Positions 30,617 to 42,161 are shown, numbered from the stretch's first letter. The stretch is 64,000 nt of DNA from an uncultured Chloroflexia bacterium (GCA_963774265.1 CAVZDU010000009.1:75144-139143); one strand, 5' to 3'. Made by a program: numbers and translations. Notes: generated by a model not told the origin, from the sequence alone.

Positions 30617-32162
30617 ATGGCAATCACGCTGAAGACGGCAGCTGAACGACGACGAGAAGGCAGCGCATTCTCGAAATCCATGGGCGCAGTGTGCTTCGCC
30701 ACAGGCCATGCGATTCCCGATGGGCGAACCGGTTCAGTTCGACCACATTCGACGCGTTTACGCTGATGGCGGCGCTAGCGAACTGGACAATATCGCTCCG
30801 ATGTGCGAGGACCCATAACAAGGCGAAAGGCACGCTGCCGCTTGGCGGACTTCAGGGTGAAGCTGCGTCTTGCAGGAGCTTCTTCTACCAGGGCGACAGC
30901 GCTGACCCTGAAGGACCTACTGGCATACTTGACAGTCGCAGGGTGACATCGAGTCCTACGGGCAGCCTGTGGCGGTCACTGAAGCTACGACGAGCAAGGC
31001 TGGATCGATTCGAGACGCTGGCACGGTAACTTCGACTATCCGCTCTACACGTGCCCGACGACCGGGTGGAAGTACTTCTACGCGACCCTACCTATCGAGC
31101 TCTGGATAGCGACGATGATGCCGACCACGAAGCTGGCCTGCAGCCTCGCTATCTGATCTTCGACAAGGTGTTTGAGCTTGTACCGGCACTTTCAGCGACA
31201 TCCCGTGCTGCAGCCTTCGATTGGCAGAATTCGACAACAATCGGATTCTGCTGTTCGACGGCCAGCATAAGATGGCTGCTCTGCTGTGGACTGGACGACG
31301 AGTATTCGAATGCAAGATCTATCTCTCGCCGACCTGCGCCTGCTTAATCAGACGAACATCGCGGCCCATGACAAGTTCGCTCAGACGCGATTCTACACTT
31401 CGGTCATGGTCATGAAACTGGGAGCCGAGTTCGGCGCGGACTTCGAGAAGTACAAGAACCTGGAGGACGGCGCAGCCAAGAGCGAGGCCGGTTTCATGCG
31501 TTTCCTGGAGCAGAGACCGCGCAACCAGACGATGAGCGAGCGACATCAAGAGCGCTTCCGCAGCTACCTGTACAACTCGTGTACTGGAGAGCCGCCGACA
31601 ACCGATGCCGCTCAGCTATCGTCTCGAACGCGAACCGCAGTACGGACGAGAAGCCGCTGACCATGGACATGCTTGAGCAAGTCGCTGTTTGCCTGCTTCC
31701 TGTACACCGAGCCCGTCGAAGACGACATGGCGACCGACGCGTACAAGCGTGACAAGGAGATCGCGAACAACATCGCTCTGATGAACATGCTATACGACCT
31801 CGCGTCTCGGCGCCTGGAATCCGAAGGCGGGCCCGAATGACGGCACGCAGAGGAAGCTCAACCGGATGTTCCGGTCGAAGTCGATCATGGCTTGGTCCGA
31901 GCTGCTGCAGGGACGCGATCTGCGGCAAGCTGGAACTGCAGGATAGCGAGGACCGGGCACGACCTTTCTACCGCGACCTTACTGGCGAGGACCTTGGACC
32001 GAGTGAAGAAGTCTGTCGAACGGCTAGTGAACTGGAAGCTGTGGGCAGTCTCCACGCAGACGGCGAGATCGACCGGATCCTGTCGGACAATAAGAGTGCG
32101 GTAAGGATTGGTTCAAGGACCACGGCCTGACCACCGGGTATCTTATGGGGGCACCCGAATGA
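30617..32162 (+). CDS. HNH endonuclease fused to a DGQH(K/R)/ParB-like domain, many indels
   Basis: Reconstructed FDHI..GGASELDNIAPMCE.HNKAK near 30735-30835; LLFDGQHKMAALL near 31250-31290; AAGGAG RBS; stop overlaps the hsdM ATG (ATGA). Confidence 0.7.
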
Positions 32163-33738
32163 GCAGGCACAAGCGGCAAGACCGCAGCACCCTCACCACC
32201 GCCCAGCAGCTCGGCAGCATCATCAAGTCGGCGCGCGACATCATGCGCAAGGACAAGGGGCTGAACGGCGACCTCGACCGCCTGCCGATGCTCACCTGGA
32301 TCATGTTCCTCAAGTTCCTGGACGACATGGAGCGGATCGCGCGAGGCAGGAGGCGATCCTGGCGGGCGAGCGCTTCCGCCCGGCCATCGAGCCGCCCTAC
32401 CGCTGGCGCGACTGGGCGGCCAACGAGACGACGGCATCACCGGCGACGACCTGATCGCCTTCATCAACAACGACGAGGCCATGCGGCCCGACGGCACGCG
32501 CGGCCCGGGCCTGTTCGCCTACCTGCGCGGCCTGCAGGGCGCCAACGGCGGCGACCGGCGCGACGTGATCGCCACCGTCTTCCGGGCGTCGTCAACCGCA
32601 TGATCAACGGCTACCTGCTGCGCGACGTCATCAACAAGGTCAACGGCATCCACTTCACCGTCATCGGACGAGATCCACACCCTGGGCGCGCTGTACGAGT
32701 CGATGCTCAAGGAGATGCGCGACGCGGCCGGCGACTCCGGCGAGTTCTACACGCCCGCGCGCCGGTGGTCCGCTTCATGGTCGAGGTGATCGACCCGCGG
32801 CTGGGCGAGACCGTGCTCGACCCGGCCTGCGGCACCGGCGGCTTCCTGGTCGAGGCGTACAAGCACCTGGAGACGCAGTGCCAGACGGTCGAGGACCGCG
32901 AGACGCTGCAGGCAGCAGAGCATCTTCGGCGGCGAGGCCAAGCCGCTGCCCTACCTGCTGGCGCAGATGAACCTGCTGCTGCACGGGCTGGAGTACCCGC
33001 AGGATCGACCCGGACAACAGCCTGCGCTTCCCGCTGCGCGAGATCGGCGACCGGGACCGGGTGGACGTCATCCTGACCAACCCACCCTTCGGCGGCGAGG
33101 AGGAGCGCGGCATCCTCGGCAACTTCCCCGACGACAAGCAGACCGCCGAGACGGCGCTGCTGTTCCTGCAGCTCATCATGCGCAAGCTGCGCCGCCAGCC
33201 CGAAGCCGGGCCGGGCCGCCGTGGTCGTGCCCAACGGCACGCTCTTCGGCGACGGCGTGTGCGGCGCGCATCAAGGAGGAGCTGCTGAAGGAGTTCAACC
33301 TGCACACCATCGTGCGGCTGCCCAACGGCGTCTTCGCGCCCTACACCAGCATCCCGACCAACCTGCTGTTCTTCGACCGCTCCGGCCCGACGCAGGACGA
33401 TCTGGTACTACGAGCAGCCGCTGCCCGAGGGCCGCAAGAAGTACACCAAGACGCAGCCGCTGCAGTACGAGGAGTTCGCCGACTGCCTGGCGTGGTGGAA
33501 GGACCGGCAGGAGAACGAGCGGGCGTGGAAGGTGAAGGCCGCCGACGTGCTGCAAGCTACGACGCGGCCGGCAACCTGGTCTCGGTCAACCTGGACATCA
33601 AGAACCCCAACGCCGCAGCAGGACCTGGAGCACCTGCCGCCGGAGCAGTTGGTCGAGGACATCCTGCGAGAAGGAGCAGCGGATTGCGGAGATAATGATG
33701 GAAATCAAGCAAGCGCTGACGGAGACGGCTCACGGTGA
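32159..33738 (+). CDS. hsdM: Type I RM N6-adenine methyltransferase, frameshifted
   Basis: IKSARDIMRKDKGLNGD, GEFYTPR, DPACGTGGFL, ILTNPPFGG. Confidence 0.92.
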
Positions 33739-34927
33739 ACAGACGCGTTTGGCCCGCGTCACGCTGGGCTCGTTGCTAGCGCCAGTCGAGCGACCAGGAG
33801 TACATCGATTCCAGGTCAGAGCTCTATCGGCAGCTGGGCGTTAGGTTGTGGGGTGAAGGCGCGTACGAACGCGGAATCACTGGACAGGATAGTCAGAGCT
33901 GCGACTACACTTCAGTTGTCGCGGTGCAGAGGATGACCTTGTCGTAAACAAGATCTGGGCTCGCAACGGCAGCGTTGCCATTGTTCCGGCCGAAGTCTAG
34001 ACGGTGCGTTACGTCTCAGGTGAGTTCCCCACATTCGACATCGACCAATCCGAGCTTCTGCCTCGCTGGTTCCACTTGGCTGACCAAGACACAGTGGCTT
34101 TTGGCAGCAGTGTGACCAGGACTATCACGAGGTACCAGCGGCAAGAATCGCATCCGACCCGAGCCATTTCCTCGCAGTCACCATACCCTTGCCACCACTC
34201 GACGAGCAGCGCCGCATCGTGGCACGCATCGAGGAACTGGCGGCCAAGATTGAGGAGGCGCGGGGGCTGCGGCGCGAGGCTACGTTGGAGACCGCCTCGC
34301 TCATTCCAAGCCTGCTACATATATTCTTCGAATGTGACACTAGCCTTTGGACCACCATATCGATGGCAGATGCAGTCAGCATCAACGACCGTCAAGTTGA
34401 CCCGACCGTCATGCCCTATTCAGCCCTTCCCCATATAAGCGGCGAAAACATGGAGAGCCAAACGTGTAGGTTGCTGTCCTACAGGACGGCGGAGGAGGAC
34501 GGCATCAAGAGCGGGAACTATCTCTTCTCATCTGGCACTATCCTCTATTCGAAGATTCGTCCTTATCTCCGAAAAGCCGTATACGTGGACTTTGACGGCG
34601 TCTGCAGCGCCGACGTGTACCCCATAAAGATAGTCAACGACAGTCTCGACCCTAGGTTTGTGATGTGGGCTTTAGTGGCAGGTCCGTTCACAGAATATGC
34701 CAACCGACTATCGGGACGCACCAGAATGCCCAAGCTGAATCGAAGGCAGTTGTTCGACTTCCGTTGAGGTATCCGCCGCTTGAAGAACAGCATCGAATAG
34801 TCACGCTTTGGAGAAGCTGCGGAGCAGTGTGCAGTCAGTCAAACAGACGCAGGCCGAAATCTCTGCCGAACTCGACGCCCTGCTGCCGTCCATCCTGGAC
34901 AGGGCATTCAAGGAAGAGTTGGTCTGA
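33735..34927 (+). CDS. hsdS: Type I RM specificity subunit, frameshifted
   Basis: Two TRDs with repeats PPLDEQRRIV and PPLEEQHRIV; ends SILDRAFKEELV. Confidence 0.88.
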
Positions 34928-34985
34928 TGTCGGCTGTTCCGGCAACAGGTGTGCATTCTAAGAACTCCTTTTCGTGAGGTGTCCA

Positions 34986-35666
34986 ATGGCCTCTGATTGG
35001 CCGCTAGTAATTGTCACCCTCTTGGTGGCAGTCACCGCCCTCCTAGTTCCTCTCGTCGCGGAATGGCTGAAACGAAGGGTCTATGCTCCAAGGCTGCAGG
35101 TGACGTACCGGCACGCTCCTCCTTGTAGCATACGTACCGGATGGCGCTCCCCCGTCAATCCTGCGCTCCGCGAACCCGTCCACTACTTCAGGTAGTAGGT
35201 TGTCAACACAAGTGAATCGCGAGCAGAGCATTGCGAGGCCGTCCTCGAGGAGTTGTTCGTATATGATGCATCCGGGACGGCACGTAAGTTACCGGATTTC
35301 TCGTCACAGAACTTGCGCTGGGCAGGAACCGGGGAGACACTTGTGCAAATCAACCCCCGTCGGACAATGTATTGCGACATCGGCCATATCTCGTCTCCCA
35401 CATATCAAGCCAGGGAGGAGCATGCCGTTTTCCTAGACGTTCCTGGTCGCGGCGATAATGCGCTGCGTATGCTGTTGGACGAGGTGTCGTACCCGTATTC
35501 TCAACCCAATTGTCTCGCGCCGGGCAAGTATCGTCTAAAGATTGTAGTCTACTCCCAAAATGCACCCACCGTTGTCGCATGGTTGGAAGTTGATTGGACG
35601 GGAAGATGGCAGGACGCGCAGTCCGATATGCTGCGAGAACTGGTCATCACGGCCAAGAAGGGGTAA
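34986..35666 (+). CDS. Hypothetical protein, N-terminal TM helix and beta-rich body (disrupted near 35195)
   Basis: MASDWPLVIVTLLVAVTALLVPLV...; LAPGKYRLKIVVYSQN at the C-terminus; GAGGTG RBS. Confidence 0.55.
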
Positions 35667-35682
35667 GGGTTTCACGAAATCC

Positions 35683-37443
35683 ATGGACGAAGTGGAGTTG
35701 ATGGTGCTTATCGCCGAAGGCGAGAGCGAACGGCTCGATTTCAAGCGAGAGCTTCGGCTCGACACGGGGCGAATGAAGGCTGAGTTCATCAAAGACGTCA
35801 TATCTCTTGCCAATTCGGCCTCGGGCGTCGGCTACCTTTTAATCGGTGTCGATGATGAAAAACTAATTGTAGGAGCCGCGGAGGTCTCGGAGGAGCAAAT
35901 TCAGAGTGTCTGCGACAGTTACATTACTCCACCGATTGCAGTCAAATACTATGCAGTGCCTTTTTCCACTCCCATCGTGCCCCCAGTTGGGGTCTTGGAG
36001 GTTAGGGCTCGTCGGCGTCCTCACCGGGTCGCTCGACCAATAGAGAACCTGAGCAAAGAAAACGTCTATGTGAGACACGGGTCCGTGGTAGCACGGGCTG
36101 GACCTGACGAAATAATCAAGTTGGATGAAGGCTGGCTGCGAGAGGCAGCAAAGAACCAACGACGGCTGACTGTGGCTGGAGGGAAGCTAACGCGGGGTAA
36201 CTGGACGGAAGCCATAAAGGGATTCTCCAGAGTCATCGACGCGGAACCAAGTGGAGAGGTTTATCTGGAGCGCTGTGAAGGCGTTTACTGAGGCTTACAA
36301 AATCACGCAGCCGCAGGAAAACGCCACTGACGCTGGAAGACTTCTCCGTAGTGCCTATGAGGACTACTGCCATGCAGTGGACCTGGCCGATTCCGTGGAG
36401 TTGGAGAGGAAAGCGCGGAAGGGGCGCCTACGCTTTGACTTTGGCCGCGGTCCCGAAGGGGAATGGGACACCGATTTGGCGTGGCTCAAATCGCGCTCGG
36501 AGGGACGCGAATACGGGGAAGTCCTCGTCTGCGAGCAGCAAGTCTATTACAATCGTTCAGGCGAGGTCGGTCACGACGCGGTCCCTCTGCTTACACAGGC
36601 AATTGAGCTGGGATGTGACAGCGCTCAGGCATATTTCCTCCGTGCAATAGGACATCGAGCTGGCTTCAACTACGGTCTTGCTCTGAATGATTTGGATGAA
36701 GCAGTTCGTCGCTTGAAGCAGGGCGACGCGAAGACTTTCGCTGAGTATCTCACATATCAAGCTGAGGTGCTGGCTTCGATGGAGAGATTTGGAGAGGCGT
36801 ACAGGGCATTGGAGCAAGCGAGCAAAGCTGACTCAAGAACCATGCGAGTGACAACTTGGCTCACGTGGAACCAATCCATGGTGCTTTGTCTTGAAGTATG
36901 CCCTGCAAGCCGGTTTCCCTGGCTGCGAGCCATATGAGACTGCTCAAATCGCTGCAGCGAAGGTACTGGCGCTGAGTTTGGACCCCTCGGCGGTCCGCGA
37001 AACATACGCCGATTGCCCGGAGCTGAGAGCACTTGTGGAGAGACTGCTGGGCGAAGACTTTGCTGAACTCGTGCGGAATGATCTCAACCAGTACACTGTC
37101 GAGATACAGGCGGAGAGTATTATTGACCGTGCCGACATCTATCGAATCTGGCCTCGAACATCCCGAGCGCCAGGTGATTGAGTGATGGGCGAGAGCTTTC
37201 GAGGTGTGCTTCCACTGGGTCCGGACCATCAACCAGCACGGCGGAGTTCGGTCGCTGGCGTTCGGATGTGTCCAAGCAGCCGGGGGACATACTGGACATT
37301 CTTGCGCAGCACGTCACATATGGACAGGAGTGATGGAGATGCAGCACCTCGGCATCGCATACGCGGGCAGCGTTTCTATCGATGCGAACCGTTTTGCCAC
37401 AACAAGTGACCGCCGTATAGCGAGCAAACTATGGATGCCATAA
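35683..37443 (+). CDS. Schlafen/AlbA_2 domain + TPR-repeat protein (frameshifted; 3' end approximate)
   Basis: GESERLDFKRE...KDVISLANS..GYLLIGVDD...VYVRHGS, then TPR-like helices (AYFLRAIGH...ALNDLDEAV; EAYRALEQA). Confidence 0.75.
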
Positions 37444-39106
37444 TTGCCGGTCTACATCATTGGCTTCGCTCTCTTCACAGTGGTCTTCACTGTGTTGATA
37501 GTTCGTAGGGCGAGGGAGCAAGAGGCGCGGGGCGGCGGACGAGCAGGTGAGGGTATTACGCGAGGCGGAGGGGCAGCGGAAAGAACAGGAGAGGAGATCG
37601 CGAGGCGGAGGGGCGGCGGAAAGAACAGTACGAGAGGATGAGGGAAGGGCTGGAAAGGCACAGGAAGCAGGAGAGGGAGCAGAAGGAGATGCGGGAGAAG
37701 CAGGAGAGGGAGCAGAAGGAGATGTGGGAGAGGCAACTGCGGGAGGCGGAGGAGAAACGCAAAGAGTACCAAACTCGCTGGAACGCAGTGCAGGCAAACG
37801 TGCGAAGCGCCACCCAGCTGAGGGAGTTCGTGCCCCGGATTCTTACTGACGCCGCTCTATTTCCTCGCTCAACCTCTGGTTCCCTGGACCCAGAGAGCAC
37901 GCTTTTTCGACCCGAGTAGGCATCGTTGACCTGCAAGGCCACTTCAAGCAGGTCCTTCTCAGCGGTCGCTACCCCTCCGCGTTTCCCATCTCCCATGACC
38001 TATTCCTCGATTCCGGCACTGGAATCCTGGTCGTCGACTACACCCTGCCTGCGCCGAGTGACCTTCCGACGCTCAAGGAGGTTCTTGAGAAGCGCAGCAC
38101 TGGTGAAACAGTGGAGAAGCACATAAGCACCACCGAACACAGTCGGCTCTACGATACTCTCGTTTACAGTATAGCGTTGCGCACCATCCATGAGCTGTTT
38201 GCAGCGGATGTCCAAAAGGTAGTGACCGCGGTGGTATTCAACGGGTATGTACAGACGGTGAACCCCGCCACGGGCCAACCCGCGCGTCCGTGCATCATTT
38301 CCGTGCACGCCGGCAAGGACCAGTTCCAAGCCATCAATCTCGCCAACGTCGAGCCGAAAGCTTGCTTCCGACTTCTCAAGGGGGTTGGAAGCTCAAAGCT
38401 GCACACGATAACCCCCATAGTGCCCATCTTCAGCGTTTCGATGGAGGATAAGCGATTCGTCACGTCTCGGCCCATCGTCGAGGCAGTGCAAGGGGACCAG
38501 AATCTTGCCAGCATGGATTGGGAGGACTTCGAGCACCTTGTCCGCGAGGTTCTTGAAACGGAGTTTGCTGGAAACGGGGGCGAGGTGAAGGTGACCCGTG
38601 CCAGTCGCGACGGTGGGATTGACGCCATAGCATTTGACCCGGACCCGATTCGCGGCGGCAAGATTGCCATCCAAGCCAAGCGGTATACAAATACGGTTGG
38701 TGTGGCAGCGGTGCGCGACCTGTATGGCACCGTCATCAATGAGGGGGCCATGAAAGGAATCCTGGTCACCACTGCAGACTATGGCCCCGACGCCTATGAA
38801 TTTGCGAAAGGCAAGCCCATTACGTTACTCAACGGGGGCCACTTGCTGTATTTGCTGGAGAAGCACGGTCACCGGGCCCGCATCGACCTGGAGGAGGCCA
38901 AACGTACCCTTGCTGAGTCCCAAACTGCGACAGGGTCGTCAACTGCTCGACCGCGCAGTCGTGAGACTCGACAATGCTGTGACGGTAATCATGCGACAGC
39001 AGCGGCAGAGCTCGAGTGCGGAGTCTTTTCGTCAGCGAGAGGACCTTCGAAGCCGGGGAAGCTCACATCCGCAGCTAGCCCGAACATGAACGGGCAAGTA
39101 TCGTAG
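37444..39106 (+). CDS. Mrr-like restriction endonuclease with N-terminal TM helix and coiled coil (frameshifted)
   Basis: C-terminal FEHLVRE...SRDGGIDAI...IQAKRY...VRDLYG...GILVTT Mrr_cat motif; N-terminal YIIGFALFTVVFTVLIV. Confidence 0.8.
37664..37729 (+). repeat. 33-bp coding tandem repeat (KQEREQKEMRE-type)
   Basis: GAAGCAGGAGAGGGAGCAGAAGGAGATG(C/T)GGGA x2; a second duplicated segment near 37558-37628. Confidence 0.8.
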
Positions 39107-39278
39107 CTCAGTGGCAGAGCAAGCGGCTCATAATCGCTGGGTCCTCAGTTCGAGTCTGAGCGTCGCCACCTAAGCCGGTGGCCCGAGGCTACGATAGTAG
39201 CACGGTCACCTCTTAACCCGATAACGCCTTCCGGTGAGCGTGCTCCTTGGGAGCCTTGCGCTGCCGTAAGGCGTTTTT
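39102..39278 (+). repeat. Right 177-bp direct repeat; includes a 5'-truncated tRNA-Met copy
   Basis: tRNA positions 6-73 plus 110 nt of trailer; first 5 acceptor-stem bases replaced. Confidence 0.93.
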
Positions 39279-39303
39279 GCTTCTCACAGCAGGGGACCTT
39301 TGT

Positions 39304-40476
39304 ATGGCTCAAACCTTCCGCCGCGACCGTTTCACCTGGCTCGCGTACTGCTTACTGGCCTTCTATAGTTACTTCATCAACGGTCTCGGCCCCATCACGC
39401 CCTTCCTCAAAGACGAATTAGGACTCTCCTATACCGTCAGCAGCCTGCACTTCACTGCCTTCGCGGCCGGCATCCTGGGGGCCGGCCTGGGCAGCCCCTG
39501 GCTGGTCCGCCGCGTCGGGCGCATGTCAGCAGTGTGGATCGGCACAGCCGGGCTGAGCCTCGGCGCGCTGTTTCTCCTGCTTGGGCGGACCCCTCTCCTG
39601 ACGATCGGCGCATCCTTCGTCATGGGATTGATCGGCTCGCTGATCCTCGCCATCGTGCCGGGCGCATTGTCGGACCGGCATGGCGACATGCGCGCGGTGG
39701 CCCTGTCAGAGGCGAACGTGCTCTCGTCGCTCCTGGGCGCCGTCGTGCCCTTGCTGGTGGGGTGGTTCGCGCGTTCGCTCGGCCAATGGCGTTGGGCGCT
39801 GGGCATTGCGCTGCTGACCCCGATTCTGCTCTGGCTGTGGCTGGGTCGTGATGGCGCATCTGGGGAGAAGACCGTCCCCGAAACACGGAGCGGAGACGAT
39901 CGCAACCTTCCGCTTCGCTACTGGGTTCACTGGGCCGCGCTCGTGCTCGCGATTGCGGTGGAGTTCTGCATGATCCTGTGGAGCGCAGACTACCTGGAGC
40001 ATGTTCTGGGGCTCCAAAGGGCAAACGCAGCGCAGGCCGTGAGCCTGTTCCTGGGCGCGATGATCATCGGGCGATGGGCGGGCAGCCGGCTGGTCCGGCG
40101 GCTCTCCGCGCGCCTGCTCGTCACCGTCACGATCCTGGTGGCGGGGGTCGGATTCCTGGCCTTCTGGCGAGCAGAGAGTCCCCTCGTCGGGTTGAGCGGC
40201 CTGTTCCTCACCGGACTGGGGGTGGCCAGCCTGTACCCCTTGCTGCTCTCCCTGGCGATCGCATCCGCAAGGGACAAGACCGTCGAGGCGAGCAGTCGCG
40301 CAACGCTGGCGTCAGGCGTCGCCATCATGACGCTGCCCCTCGTCTTGGGACGCATCGCCGATGCCGTCGGCATCCAACTCGCCTACGGGGTCGTCCTCGT
40401 GCTGATCGTGGGCCTCTTCTTCGTCAGTTGGGTGGCGGGGAGCGACCGAATCTGGAACGCAAAGCCAGGTCTATGA
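39304..40476 (+). CDS. MFS transporter
   Basis: About 12 TM helices, LVRRVGR loop motif. Confidence 0.85.
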   Translation: MAQTFRRDRFTWLAYCLLAFYSYFINGLGPITPFLKDELGLSYTVSSLHFTAFAAGILGAGLGSPWLVRRVGRMSAVWIGTAGLSLGALFLLLGRTPLLTIGASFVMGLIGSLILAIVPGALSDRHGDMRAVALSEANVLSSLLGAVVPLLVGWFARSLGQWRWALGIALLTPILLWLWLGRDGASGEKTVPETRSGDDRNLPLRYWVHWAALVLAIAVEFCMILWSADYLEHVLGLQRANAAQAVSLFLGAMIIGRWAGSRLVRRLSARLLVTVTILVAGVGFLAFWRAESPLVGLSGLFLTGLGVASLYPLLLSLAIASARDKTVEASSRATLASGVAIMTLPLVLGRIADAVGIQLAYGVVLVLIVGLFFVSWVAGSDRIWNAKPGL

Positions 40477-40509
40477 TTGACTTGACGGCGGCCGCTCCCC
40501 CCCGCCGGC

Positions 40510-42071
40510 CTACACCCTTTCGCTGATCACCTTCGCCTGCAGGAACAGCTGCAGGTAGTCAGTCCCGCCCGCCTTCGAATCGGTGCCGCTCATGTTGAAG
40601 CCGCCGAACGGATGCACCCCCACCAGCGCATGCGTGCACTTGCGGTTCAGGTACAGGTTGCCGGCGTGAAACTCCTGGCGCGCGCACTCCAGCCGATCGC
40701 GACGCATGGAATAGAGGCTGCCCGTCAGCCCATAGTCGGTGTTGTTGGCAATCTCCAGGCCCTCGACGAAGTCCTCGGCCTTCAGGACCGCCAACACCGG
40801 TCCGAACACTTCTTCCTGCGCCAGCCGCGCATCGGGCGCCACATCGGCGATCACGGTCGGCTGCAGGTAGTAGCCTCCGGCCCGGTTGGGGATCACCTCG
40901 CCGCCCGCAACCAGCCTGCCTTCAGCCTTGCCGATCTCAATGTACTCCAGATGCTTCTTGAGCGCCTTCTCGTCGATCACCGGCCCCATCTCGACGCGCC
41001 GGGACCCAACGCCGGATCGCCGACGTTCAGCCTGCCGGTCCGCTCGACAATCTTCGCCAGCAGCTCATCGTAGACCGCCTCCACAATGATGGCACGCGAA
41101 CAGGCGGAACACTTCTGGCCGGCGTAGCCAAACGCAGCCGAGACGATGCCCGCGGCGGCCTCGTCCAGATCCGCGGTTTCGTCCACCAGGATCGCATCCT
41201 TGCCGCCCATCTCCAGGATCGTGCGCTTGAGCCACTTCTGGCCCCCCTGCACCACCGCGGCGCGCTGGTGGATGCGGAGGCCCACTTCCTTGCTGCCGGT
41301 GAACGCGATGAAGCGCGTCAACGGGTGATCCACTAGCACGTCGCCTACTGTGCCGCCGGGGCCGGGCAGGAAGTTGAGCACGCCCGCGGGGAGATGCAGC
41401 TCGTCCACAAAGAGCGCGGCGAGCCACGCCGCAATGACGGGCGTCGCGCTGGCCGGCTTCAGCACCGCGGTGTTGCCTGTGACGATGGTTGCGGTCGTCA
41501 TGCCGGTCATGATCGCGTTCGGGAAGTTCCACGGCGGGATCACGACGCCCACGCCCAGCGGGATGTAGTGGAGCTCGGTCTCATGGTTCGGCTCGGGATG
41601 TGTCGGGTGCGGCTCGCCCAGCCGCAACATCTCACGGCCGTAGAATTCCATGAAGTCGATGGCCTCGGCGGTGTCCGCATCCGCCTCGCCCCACGGCTTG
41701 CCGGCCTCAAAGACCATCAACGCGCTGAACTCATGCTTGCGCTCGCGCATGATCTTTGCCGCGCTGAACAGGTAACGCGCCCGCTCGGTGTAGGGAATGC
41801 GACGCCAATGCTCGAACGCCCTGGCAGCTTCCCGCACCGCGCGGTCCGCCAGCTCGGGCGTGGCCTGGCTCACGCGACCGATGACCTGCGCCGGCTCCGC
41901 CGGATTCCGGCTCTCCAGAACCTCGTCCGTAAAAACCTTCTCCCCGCCGATAATCAGGGGATAGGTGCGGCCCATTTGCCCGCGGACCCTGTCCAGGGCG
42001 GCGTGAAAGGCCTGCACATTCTGGGTGAGGCTGAAATCGGTTAACGGCTCATTGACAAAGGGCTTCTTCAT
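40510..42071 (-). CDS. pruA: L-glutamate gamma-semialdehyde (P5C) dehydrogenase (frameshift near 41005)
   Basis: [51 protein letters not shown]. Confidence 0.9.
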
Positions 42072-42161
42072 CGCGCGACTCCACTTCGGATGACTCGTAT
42101 GACTTGCGCATCACTATCGCACAAGGCGGGGCAGGCGTCTGTAACTGGTTCCCCAGTGGAG

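Larger units (their letters stand above)
27803..39278. mobile_element. tRNA-Met-integrated defence island (about 11.3 kb), no intact integrase
   Basis: Flanking direct repeats containing the tRNA; RM/nuclease cargo; visibly lower GC from about 34 to 39 kb. Confidence 0.85.

Noticed and set aside
35193-37920. In-frame TAG codons (35193, 37918) as stop-codon recoding
   Set aside because: They lie in error-rich regions next to frameshifts, and TAG is used as a normal stop elsewhere in the window.
39097-39170. Second functional tRNA-Met gene
   Set aside because: Acceptor stem cannot pair at three of seven positions and there is no evident promoter.
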